A DNA stretch of 47,241 nt from Candidatus Taylorbacteria bacterium RIFCSPLOWO2_01_FULL_48_100. GTDB taxonomy: Bacteria; Patescibacteriota; Minisyncoccia; Phycocordibacterales; UBA10002. The position numbers and the translations under genes were made by a program. Below, piece after piece: positions 32,848 through 40,879 of the stretch. How positions within the stretch are numbered: position 1 is the stretch's first letter; the number at the start of each line of letters is the position of its first letter. The DNA lies in contig MHSA01000001.1 in assembly GCA_001821135.1 (NCBI GenBank), positions 1 through 47,241 on the forward strand. Reading direction: 5' to 3'. The notes below the pieces were generated by a model that worked only from the letters and a program-made list of their open reading frames with translations, was not told the origin of the DNA and did not search any database.

Positions 32848-33192
32848 ATGAGCCGAGTTAAAAAAGCAACCAATGCGTTGAAGTTTCGCAAAAAGCTTTT
32901 GGGGAAGACCAAGGGCTACCGCCACGACCGTTCCAAGAAGGAGCGCGCCGCGTGGGAAGCATATGTGCACGCAGGTAAGTATGCGTTTGCGCACCGCAAA
33001 GACAAGAAAAATGATTTCCGCACGCTCTGGAACATACGTCTCAACGCGGCGCTCCGCGTGAACGGCACGACATATAGCAAGTTTATCGGCGCGATGAAAA
33101 AGAAAAATATCTTACTCAACCGCAAGATGCTCTCAGAATTGGCGAATGAACACCCTGACTCATTCAAGCGTGTTGTGATGCAGGTGATGTAA
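32848..33192 (+). CDS. rplT: 50S ribosomal protein L20
   Basis: 114 aa. Motifs: MSRVKKATNALKFRKKLL..TKGYR, AFAHRKDKKNDFR.LWN.RLNAA. Confidence 0.95.
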   Translation: MSRVKKATNALKFRKKLLGKTKGYRHDRSKKERAAWEAYVHAGKYAFAHRKDKKNDFRTLWNIRLNAALRVNGTTYSKFIGAMKKKNILLNRKMLSELANEHPDSFKRVVMQVM

Positions 33193-33248
33193 AAGTCGCT
33201 CGGAATCTTTATCTTGTTACTTTCTAATTCGCGCGAATAAGCACATAA

Positions 33249-33282
33249 GAAAAAACGGCTCAGCGCGCGTTGAGCCGTTTTT
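33249..33282. terminator. Intrinsic terminator (conserved hairpin family), copy 4
   Basis: aaaaaaacggctcagcgcgcgttgagccgttttt lies after rplT. It is followed by the same gccctagaaataagggg block as copy 1. Confidence 0.8.
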
Positions 33283-33310
33283 GAGCCCTAGAAATAAGGG
33301 GTTTTTGGGC

Positions 33311-33339
33311 CTGACTTCTATATTAGGGTATGCTACACT
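33311..33339 (+). promoter_or_regulatory. Promoter-like block paralogous to 2589-2617
   Basis: CTGACT, a 17-nt spacer, then TACACT. The flanking sequence is about 85% identical to the 2562-2620 block. Confidence 0.35.
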
Positions 33340-33345
33340 ATGACC

Positions 33346-33450
33346 ATAAATTAGTAGAAACACTTCGGGAGTTGTATAGAGAGGGCAAACTCGGATTCTA
33401 GGATTCAAAAGATCCAAACCCTCGCTGGAAACGGCGAGGGTTTTTGTTTG
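33346..33450 (+). ncRNA. Candidate small RNA (about 100 nt), short paralog of the 2589-3966 locus
   Basis: It is bracketed by the paralogous promoter block and a near-identical GAAA-tetraloop terminator (33419-33450). It contains a C(UUCG)G hairpin and a ggat...atcc hairpin. There is no ORF. Confidence 0.35.
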
Positions 33451-33511
33451 TTCCAAATCTCCTCCTCAGATGAGGAGGGGAGGAAAGAAAAAGATTATCT
33501 TACGTATTCAA

Positions 33512-34021
33512 CTAGCTTCCGCACTGGATTGTAGTCGTATTTGCGGACGCCTCTTTGGCGATGCCGCTGGAATCAACGCACCACGCTTTTGTTTTATCGC
33601 GGAGGGGGACGGACACGGCCCACAGTGTCGTTGAGTTGGCGCAGGTCGCAACCGAGCCGCCGCCAGATGCGCTTTGCGCCGCAGTAAGTTGTGCCGCAAC
33701 GCGCGAGTCCGTAAAGACACTGCCGGCGGTTGTACAACTTGTGCCGGTGTTTGGACCGAAACTTGAATTGTTATCGTCAAAATACAGCGCTGCTTGCGAA
33801 CGCAAGTTTGATAGGTTTGCCTTTACTGTGACATCCCCACTCTTATCTCGCGCGCCGTTTAGAGAGGCGAGCACGACTGAAGTTAAAATACCGATAATAG
33901 CGATGACAACCAGTAACTCAATAAGCGTAAATCCCGTTAGAAGTAAGGAATCTTTGATTCCTGCCGATTTGCTAGAAGCAAATCGGACTTCTAACGGGAT
34001 AAATCCTTTTTTGTATTGCAT
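33512..34021 (-). CDS. Type IV pilin / pseudopilin-like prepilin with an unusually long leader
   Basis: Start at MQYKKGF. It has the class III signal ...TG|FTLIELLVVIAIIGILTSVVLASL and a C-terminal Cys pair. 75 aa of the listed ORF upstream of this start were rejected. Confidence 0.85.
   Translation of the reverse strand: MQYKKGFIPLEVRFASSKSAGIKDSLLLTGFTLIELLVVIAIIGILTSVVLASLNGARDKSGDVTVKANLSNLRSQAALYFDDNNSSFGPNTGTSCTTAGSVFTDSRVAAQLTAAQSASGGGSVATCANSTTLWAVSVPLRDKTKAWCVDSSGIAKEASANTTTIQCGS
33931..34000. mobile_element. 70-bp miniature inverted-repeat element (TIR ATCCCGTTAGAAG family), copy 2, inside the prepilin leader
   Basis: Perfect 14-bp TIRs: atcccgttagaagt (33931-33944) and acttctaacgggat (33987-34000). 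AA flanks both ends. Internal hairpins pair ggaatc with gattcc and ccgatttgc with gcaaatcgg. Removing the 70 bp plus one AA restores MQYKKGFTLIE. Confidence 0.6.
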
Positions 34022-34085
34022 AATATTTTCTTTTTTAATAAAAAACGGCCTTTTTTGCATTCGTAAAGTATAACACATCTTGCTT

Positions 34086-34128
34086 CTAAAAACGCAATCC
34101 AGCCCTACTTTTGCAAATAGGGCTGGAT
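34086..34128 (-). terminator. Intrinsic terminator downstream of the minus-strand GT4 gene
   Basis: An 11-bp stem pairs atccagcccta with tagggctggat. On the minus strand it is followed by ttgcgttttt. Confidence 0.65.
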
Positions 34129-34297
34129 ACGGTCCGCTGTAAAATATGTTTCCTAACAAAGTTAGGTGGGTGCCCGCACGCGCACCGCGAACGATGAGCA
34201 GATGTTGAGCTCCCTGTATGTATGTTATAGAGTTTATATTTCGCAAACGGACCTACCTATATTTTACCGCGCACGCGCTGTTCCGCAAGTGCAAAAT

Positions 34298-35344
34298 TCA
34301 CATAAGTGATTTAAAAATCTCCGAGAGCGAGCGCGCCCAACGCTCGCTAGTGAAATGAACGAGAACATATACCTGTGCTGTGTTGCCGAGTTGGTTTCCG
34401 AACTGTTTATCGCGCAAAAGCCGTTCTATTGCCGCGCGGAGCGCGGCTGGGTTTTCTGGTTGGACTAGGAGTCCTGTCTTTTCATTTTCTATATAATCGC
34501 GCACGACGGGCTTGTCTGTTGCGATAACGGCCTTGCACGCCGCCATCGGTTCAAGGTAGCCGTATTGACCCGATGTCTCCGAACCTATTGAGTTGTTGGT
34601 GGATTTGAGAGGAGTAACCACAAAGAGCGCGTTGTGGTATAGCGCGGGCATTTCTTCGTATGGCACATTAAAACGCACTTCAACATTTGGTGGAACGATA
34701 AGTCCTGCAATTGCCTCGGTTTTTGTGGCGACAATAACCTTAACTGGCAGGTCGCGCACAGCGTCAAAGAGCGTTTTATAATCGCGCCCTAAGTCGCGGC
34801 CAACGGATAGGATGTAGTCGCTCTGGAATACTCGGTCAGTTCCCCGCGCTCCAACGAACTTTCTCGCATCAATTCCAATCGGCACGAATTTAATTTTCTC
34901 TGATGCAATACCAGCTTCAATAAGCGGCGGCATCTGCGTGCGCGCGGTGCACACAATCACATCCAAACCCTCAATCGCCTTTTTGTTAAACCAATGCAAA
35001 ACGCCGCGCGGATGACGACGAAGCGCGTTTGCGAGGTATGTGTTGTAAATAACGAATCGCGGGTTTTTCCAGTGTAAGATTTTTTTTGCGATAAAAACGA
35101 GCGGAAGCCCCGCGCATATAAACACAATGTCATATTTTTTTATGGCGAAAATATACGGCAGATGCACGAGGTTGAAGGAAATTCGGCGCAGAAACTCCGG
35201 CAAACGCCACTCAATGAATTTTGCGTCTATGCCGAATCTTTCCATATAGTTTAAACCCAGGAGCTGTGTATCTGGCACTTCTCCGCGTTCCCATTTTTCA
35301 TAAAATGCTTTGCGCGAGCCGGCGTATAGATAAAGCACTCTCAT
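34298..35344 (-). CDS. Glycosyltransferase family 4 (GT-B, GT1 superfamily)
   Basis: Start at MRVLYLYAG; the upstream part of the listed ORF is antisense to the methyltransferase. There is an E-x7-E-like region (GYLEPMAACKAVIATD) and the motif TGLLVQPENPAAL. Confidence 0.88.
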   Translation of the reverse strand: MRVLYLYAGSRKAFYEKWERGEVPDTQLLGLNYMERFGIDAKFIEWRLPEFLRRISFNLVHLPYIFAIKKYDIVFICAGLPLVFIAKKILHWKNPRFVIYNTYLANALRRHPRGVLHWFNKKAIEGLDVIVCTARTQMPPLIEAGIASEKIKFVPIGIDARKFVGARGTDRVFQSDYILSVGRDLGRDYKTLFDAVRDLPVKVIVATKTEAIAGLIVPPNVEVRFNVPYEEMPALYHNALFVVTPLKSTNNSIGSETSGQYGYLEPMAACKAVIATDKPVVRDYIENEKTGLLVQPENPAALRAAIERLLRDKQFGNQLGNTAQVYVLVHFTSERWARSLSEIFKSLM

Positions 35345-35346
35345 AT

Positions 35347-35363
35347 GTTGTATAGTATACAAC
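35347..35363. promoter_or_regulatory. Perfect palindrome filling the 22-bp divergent intergenic region
   Basis: gttgtata-g-tatacaac contains TATAGT on the plus strand and TATACT on the minus strand. Each lies about 10 nt from the respective ATG (35367 on plus, 35344 on minus). Confidence 0.35.
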
Positions 35364-35366
35364 GCT

Positions 35367-36041
35367 ATGAAAGCACTTTTGTTAAAGGCGGCACATGCAT
35401 TTGGCTTGACTGATAAGCTTGTGCGGCGGCGCATTGACGCGTTTTTGCAAAAGCATGCGACAAGCGGGCGAACTCTGGATGTCGGCGGCGGGAGCGGACC
35501 GTACAAAAAGTATTTTCCAAACCGCGTATGCATTGACGCGGAAGCCGGAGATGGGGTGGATGTCGTCGGCGACGCGCACGATTTGTCTCGTTTTCGCGAT
35601 GGCGAGTTTGATTGTGTCTTGTGTACAGAGGTACTTGAACACTTGCATACCCCACAGAAAGCGATTGATGAAATGCGCCGCGCGCTTCGCCTTGGAGGGA
35701 CGCTTATTTTGACCACGCGCTTCATTTTCCCCCTCCACAACATTCCCGGTGATTACTTTCGTTTTACACGCTATGGCCTTGCACACCTTTTGCGCGGGTG
35801 GAAGAGCGTAGAGATTGCGGAGGAGGGAACAACCATTGAGGCGCTCGCGGTTCTCTGCGAACGCATTGGGTTTCAGACGGAAACCTTGTGGACAAAACTG
35901 CTTTCTGTTGACTGGTTTATTTTGTCAAAAATTATCCGCCCGCTTTCATTTCTTATTACGAAAGAATACGGAGATGTAACGCGCAAAAGCAAAACGAGAA
36001 ATATATTAACGAGCGGCTACTATATAGTTGCGAAAAGGTAA
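35367..36041 (+). CDS. Class I SAM-dependent methyltransferase
   Basis: 224 aa. It has motif I LDVGGGSGPY and the block FDCVLCTEVLEHL. A deleted paralog is at 44951-45252. Confidence 0.88.
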   Translation: MKALLLKAAHAFGLTDKLVRRRIDAFLQKHATSGRTLDVGGGSGPYKKYFPNRVCIDAEAGDGVDVVGDAHDLSRFRDGEFDCVLCTEVLEHLHTPQKAIDEMRRALRLGGTLILTTRFIFPLHNIPGDYFRFTRYGLAHLLRGWKSVEIAEEGTTIEALAVLCERIGFQTETLWTKLLSVDWFILSKIIRPLSFLITKEYGDVTRKSKTRNILTSGYYIVAKR

Positions 36042-38230
36042 TGAAACAATTTTTCTTCGGACTCCCTATACTCGTGCGCTACTTGATTGCTGGAGGAACT
36101 TCTACGGCAGTTGACCTAGGAATTCTCTATGTACTCACCGAATTTGCAGGATGGTGGTACATTTCGTCAGCAATCGTTGCGTTTATAGTAGCGTTCGCGG
36201 TTAGTTTTGTATTACAAAAGTTTTATACATTCAACAATCGCGATACATCAAGAAAGACGGTCGCTACGCAGGGCGCATTTTATTTTACACTCGCGCTTAC
36301 TAATCTTGGAATCAACACGATTTTAATGTACGCACTCGTGGAATGGGCGGGCGTGTGGTATTTCCTCGCACAAATAATCTCCGCCGCGGCGATTGCCGTT
36401 GAAAGTTTTTTCATATATAGATTTGTGATTTTCCATCCGAAAGCGGTTCTCGCGGAACGAATGACGCGCCTCGTTTCGGTGTTGTTGCGGCATCGCGCGG
36501 CGTTTGTGGTCGCGGTCGCTGTGTCTCTTTTGTACGGAATGCATCATTTTTTAATGCCCCGATTTATGCCGGAAGGGCTAGAATACAAGCCAGTTACCTA
36601 CGAATCAGACCCTGATGCAGGCGGCTATTACGGTCCTCGCGCGAACGCGTTTTTCTCGCGCAACGAAATTACAACCCCATCTTTTTTACCAATCGCGAAT
36701 CCGCTCATTATGGGAGGACTTGGAAAAATGTTGGGGAATATGGAACATGCGTACATTGTTTCCGACTTCATGTTTCCGCCGCTTATTTTTCTAACCGTGT
36801 ATGCGCTTGCGCGCGAACTTTTGCGTAGAAAAACCGCTTCACTGGTACTCTCTTCTGTATTTATTGTTTCTCCGTACGCCGTGCTCTATGTTCCTCCTAT
36901 AAGTGGTTATGCTTTTAAAGAATTTGTTGCACAGTGGTTTCCTTTTTTCTCCGACCCATCCTTGCTATATTTTTCTAGTTTTGAATATCCAAAAATTACC
37001 TTTTTGTTTTATGTTGGTGCTTTGTTTTTTATTTTCCGCGCGCTTGCGCGTGGTGGAAGAAAAAATGTATTGCTTGCGGGTCTTTTCTTTGGCTCGCTGT
37101 TCTATACTTATTTGTACGATTGGGCATATATAGTTGTCTCGCTTTTCATTATGCTGGCGTGGTTTGCTGTTCGTCGGGAATGGGTTCCAGTTAAATCATG
37201 CGCTGGTATTTTTGGTATTGGCGCACTTCTTTCTATTCCGTATTGGCTCAATTTTACCGCCGTGCGCCGACTGCCGCAGTATGGCGACATTATGTTCCGC
37301 ATCGGCGGGATTGAAGTCGGCAGGCATTTTCGTTTTTCGTCCGTTTGGAAGACCTATGCGCGGCATATTGTGTGGATTGCGGCGCTTGCGGCAACCTCAT
37401 TGAAGCGCGCTCCGCGCTCTGTAATTTTTCTAACATCGCTTCTTGCGGCATATTTTGTTGTGGTGAATGTACAAGTGGTTTTAGGTTTTTCGCCTCAGCC
37501 CGACCATTGGTACCGCGAGACATTTTTACCGATAACGCTTGCTTTTGGCGTGCTCTTGGTGTGGCTGTGGGACAGGTATATTGCCACACACATTCCGATA
37601 AAAAAAGTGCGTGCTCTTTTCTTTGTTTTTATCGTCTTATTTTTTGCGCAAGCGTTTTACGGGCAGTATCTTCTGAGCCGCGGGGATGTTGGGCGATGGG
37701 GTATTGAAAAACGCTACGCAAACGCATACGATTGGCTCAATGCAAATACAGACGCAGGAACAACGGTTTGGAGCATCAGTAGAGAAACGAGCCGAGACAT
37801 TATTCTGTTTTCCAGTAATACGGTTTTTCTTCGGAGCGGAGGCACAACACTTGCGTCAAACGAAGAGTTGTGGGAGCGGCTATTTGTCCTTGCGGCTCGG
37901 TGGGAACTGTCTCCAGAACAACTTAGTGTGTTTGCGCATGAAAATACACCGTTCATTTTTCATGATTACTATCGTTCAAGAGAAATGGACAATTATTTTA
38001 AGACGGCGCCAACTCGCTCAATCCCGAATGAAGAGCTCACGCGCCGCGTGAATGCGTATGCAGTTCTGCGATCTCGCCTTGCATCTCCGTCATTTTCCTT
38101 ACAGTATCTTTTTGTCGGACCGCGCGAAGAAAAAATCGCTCCAACACCTCATGCGTTCAAAACAATGCCGCTTGTCTATGAAGCGGAAGGCGTGCAAATA
38201 TACAGATTTAATTATGGAAACAAAGAATAA
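36041..38230 (+). CDS. GtrA-like domain fused to a large polytopic membrane protein (possible GT-C-type glycosyltransferase)
   Basis: 729 aa. The first 130 aa or so are GtrA-like (LIAGGTSTAVDLGILYVLTEF..WWYISSAIVAFIVAFAVSFVLQKFYTF). More than 10 further TM helices and a soluble C-terminal tail of about 170 aa follow. Confidence 0.8.
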   Translation: MKQFFFGLPILVRYLIAGGTSTAVDLGILYVLTEFAGWWYISSAIVAFIVAFAVSFVLQKFYTFNNRDTSRKTVATQGAFYFTLALTNLGINTILMYALVEWAGVWYFLAQIISAAAIAVESFFIYRFVIFHPKAVLAERMTRLVSVLLRHRAAFVVAVAVSLLYGMHHFLMPRFMPEGLEYKPVTYESDPDAGGYYGPRANAFFSRNEITTPSFLPIANPLIMGGLGKMLGNMEHAYIVSDFMFPPLIFLTVYALARELLRRKTASLVLSSVFIVSPYAVLYVPPISGYAFKEFVAQWFPFFSDPSLLYFSSFEYPKITFLFYVGALFFIFRALARGGRKNVLLAGLFFGSLFYTYLYDWAYIVVSLFIMLAWFAVRREWVPVKSCAGIFGIGALLSIPYWLNFTAVRRLPQYGDIMFRIGGIEVGRHFRFSSVWKTYARHIVWIAALAATSLKRAPRSVIFLTSLLAAYFVVVNVQVVLGFSPQPDHWYRETFLPITLAFGVLLVWLWDRYIATHIPIKKVRALFFVFIVLFFAQAFYGQYLLSRGDVGRWGIEKRYANAYDWLNANTDAGTTVWSISRETSRDIILFSSNTVFLRSGGTTLASNEELWERLFVLAARWELSPEQLSVFAHENTPFIFHDYYRSREMDNYFKTAPTRSIPNEELTRRVNAYAVLRSRLASPSFSLQYLFVGPREEKIAPTPHAFKTMPLVYEAEGVQIYRFNYGNKE

Positions 38231-38969
38231 TACCCGTATTTCAATTATTGTTCCTCTATACAACGAAGAGCGCCGTTTGCGTCATACTTTTGCAGCGCTT
38301 GAACGGTTCTGTGTTTCTCTGAGTTCTTCTGTGTTTGAAGTTGTGTTTGTTGATGATGGAAGCACAGACCGAAGCGTAAAACTCGTCCGCGTTTTCATAG
38401 CGCGGTTTCCTCACGCTCGGCTCGTCGGGCACACCCTCAATAGGGGAAAGGGGGCGGCGGTGCGAACTGGAATGCTCGCGGCGCGCGGTAAATGGCGGCT
38501 GTTTCTTGACGCTGATATGGCTACCGACCTCGCCGAATTCACAAAGTTTGTGCCATTTCTCAATGCGGGTGCGCAAGTTTGTATCGGAAGCCGACGTATG
38601 ATAGGGGCGGAGGTGTTGGTGCGTCAGCCAAGGTTGCGCGAAGCGATGGGTGGCGCGTATACAGCACTCGCCAATTTTTTCACCGGCGCTTTGGTATCTG
38701 ATTTTACCTGCGGGTTCAAGTGTTTTTCTGCGGAAGCGGCGGTGGAGATTTTCTCTCGCTCGGTGATTGCGCGCTGGAGTTATGATGCGGAGATACTTTT
38801 TTTAGCACATCGTCTTGGATATACGATTCATGAAGTTCCTGTGGTGTGGAAGAACGATGGTGCGACGCGCGTACGGCTGTGGAAAGACACTCCGCGCGCC
38901 TTTTTTGATTTATTTTATATTCGTGCACGCTCTCTTTTGGGATGGTATCGCTCTATGCAACAACAGTAG
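38214..38969 (+). CDS. GT2 polyprenyl-phosphate glycosyltransferase (DPM1/GtrB-like)
   Basis: Start at METKNNTRISIIVPLYNEE, overlapping the preceding stop by 17 nt. Motifs: VVFVDDGSTDRS, DADM. Confidence 0.88.
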   Translation: METKNNTRISIIVPLYNEERRLRHTFAALERFCVSLSSSVFEVVFVDDGSTDRSVKLVRVFIARFPHARLVGHTLNRGKGAAVRTGMLAARGKWRLFLDADMATDLAEFTKFVPFLNAGAQVCIGSRRMIGAEVLVRQPRLREAMGGAYTALANFFTGALVSDFTCGFKCFSAEAAVEIFSRSVIARWSYDAEILFLAHRLGYTIHEVPVVWKNDGATRVRLWKDTPRAFFDLFYIRARSLLGWYRSMQQQ

Positions 38970-39783
38970 GACGATGTGCAAAGAGCAGTCCGCGCAGTTT
39001 GTTTTCAGGAATTATGCGTACTTCAAAGCCGGATTGTTTTAGTTTTTCAATAATGCGCGAGAGTTTGTGTATTTGCGTATTCAATCCAAAGTACGGAGGA
39101 AGATGGTATTCCATAGCGATTTTGTTGATGTGTGTAAATGTTTCAAGTGGTGCCGCTTCTGTGATTTCATATTCGGCGCCCTCGCAGTCCATTTTAAGAA
39201 AATCGCATTGCGCGATATTTTGTTGTCTCAATAATTCAGCAATGGAGAGCGCGGGAACAGAAACCGAATGTCCTGCGCCGTACAAGCCGTTTCGCGCCGC
39301 ATTACGCGCGTCTAAAAAGAGTTCTCGCACGCCGTCGTCTCCAGCAATACAGATTTGCAATGCGGTAATGTTGTGCATATTGTTGCACGCGATGTTTTTG
39401 GATAGCATGCGATAATTTTCCGGTGACGGCTCGCATGCAACAACACGCGCTCCGCGCGCGTGCGCCAAAAGCGCAAATGAGCCGATGTGTGCGCCTATAT
39501 CAACAACCACATCCCCGTTTTGTATCGCATATCCGTCAGGTTCATATTGGCGTTCTGTGATGCAGGTAAACGCCATATGGCTATCAATGATTTTACTTAT
39601 ATACGAATGGGCGCGTACGCTGATGTGCGGTGCGCCGTTCTCTTGGTATGGAGATCCTCTTTTTGAGAACCAAAAGTTAAACCATGGTAAGAATGGCCAG
39701 CGGACAAATGATGCATAAAAAAAGTCAGTCACTGTGGCGACTGAAATCCATTTTCTGTATAGCGATTGGCGGAATGTCTCCAT
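38953..39783 (-). CDS. FkbM-family methyltransferase
   Basis: 276 aa. Motifs: VVVDIGAHIGSFALLAHARGARVVACEPSPENY, FLKMDCEGAEYEI. It converges on the GT2 gene and overlaps it by 17 nt. Confidence 0.85.
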   Translation of the reverse strand: METFRQSLYRKWISVATVTDFFYASFVRWPFLPWFNFWFSKRGSPYQENGAPHISVRAHSYISKIIDSHMAFTCITERQYEPDGYAIQNGDVVVDIGAHIGSFALLAHARGARVVACEPSPENYRMLSKNIACNNMHNITALQICIAGDDGVRELFLDARNAARNGLYGAGHSVSVPALSIAELLRQQNIAQCDFLKMDCEGAEYEITEAAPLETFTHINKIAMEYHLPPYFGLNTQIHKLSRIIEKLKQSGFEVRIIPENKLRGLLFAHRPTVVA

Positions 39784-39841
39784 AGGAGCGATTGTTGTAT
39801 GCTATGTAGATTACGAGTTTCCAACCACTCGTGCAACCTCT

Positions 39842-40879
39842 ATGCGGCTTCTCTTTATCACACAAGCGATTGACGAGCGCGACTCTGTACTGGGTTTCGT
39901 GTGCGGGTGGCTCAGCGCGTTTGCGGTAGAGTTTACGCATATATCCGTAGTGTGTTTACGGAAGGGCGGATATGATTTACCGAAGAATGTGGAGGTATAT
40001 TCACTTGGGAAAGAGCGCGGCGCACACAGATTTCAGTACGTTTTTCGTTTTTTGCGATATATCTGGCGCAAACACTCCGAATATGATGCGGTTTTTGTGC
40101 ATATGAACCCCGAGTATGTACTCCTTGGATGGCTTATGTGGAAAATACAAGGAAAAAGAGTTGCACTTTGGTACAATCATCAGGCGGGTGGAATCCGTAT
40201 TCGCCTCGCCGCCCTTTTTTCTGATGTACTTTTTCACACCTCGCCGTTTGCCTATACGGCGCGATATAGAAAAGCGGTGCGTATGTCCGCAGGTATTGAT
40301 ACAGTACTTTTCCACAAAACGAATACGCAGAGGCAAAAGAACTCAATTGTTTTTGTTGGGAGAATCGCACCAATTAAGAGATTGGAAATATTGCTTAACG
40401 CGGCGCTTCAGCTCCACAACGAAGGTTCTGATTTCTTTTTGTCGGTGTATGGCGAAAGCGCGCTGTCTGACCGCGCATACGAAAAAAAAATGCGGAAAAT
40501 CGGAGCGCAGCTTGAATCGGTTGGGAGAATTCGCTTTTGCGGCTCCGTGAGACATTCCGAACTGCCGTATGTTTTCTCGGCAAACGAACTCGCCGTCAAT
40601 CTCAGTCCTGCCGGTCTCTTTGACAAAACCGTGCTTGAGGCGGCGGCGTGCGAATGTATTCCGCTCGTATCAAGTCCCGCTTTTAAGAATTTTCTTCCTG
40701 ACTCGCTTTTCTGCAAAGAAAGTGATTCGTTAGATTTACTGCGCAAAATTAAGATGCTTTTATCTCTGTCAACAGAAGAAAAAAAGGCGCTTGGCGAGGC
40801 GCTTCGAGAAAAGGTGGTGCAGGAGCATGGGTTATCTGTCCTCGCACACTCACTCCCACTTCTCCTCTCCAATGACTAA
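39842..40879 (+). CDS. Glycosyltransferase family 4
   Basis: Start at MRLLFITQAIDE. It has the GT-B C-terminal domain (IVFVGRIAPIKR...FDKTVLEAAACECIPLVSS). Confidence 0.85.
   Translation: MRLLFITQAIDERDSVLGFVCGWLSAFAVEFTHISVVCLRKGGYDLPKNVEVYSLGKERGAHRFQYVFRFLRYIWRKHSEYDAVFVHMNPEYVLLGWLMWKIQGKRVALWYNHQAGGIRIRLAALFSDVLFHTSPFAYTARYRKAVRMSAGIDTVLFHKTNTQRQKNSIVFVGRIAPIKRLEILLNAALQLHNEGSDFFLSVYGESALSDRAYEKKMRKIGAQLESVGRIRFCGSVRHSELPYVFSANELAVNLSPAGLFDKTVLEAAACECIPLVSSPAFKNFLPDSLFCKESDSLDLLRKIKMLLSLSTEEKKALGEALREKVVQEHGLSVLAHSLPLLLSND

Noticed and set aside
34022-34246. 75-aa N-terminal extension of the pilin ORF (listed as 33512-34246)
   Set aside because: The extension runs through the upstream terminator and promoter region. 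The canonical prepilin leader begins at MQYKKGF (34021).
35345-35743. 133-aa N-terminal extension of the GT4 ORF (listed as 34298-35743)
   Set aside because: It is antisense to the methyltransferase gene at 35367-36041. The GT4 family N-terminus starts at MRVLYLYAG.
38942-39415. 157-aa plus-strand ORF
   Set aside because: It is antisense to the FkbM methyltransferase gene, which has clear family motifs.
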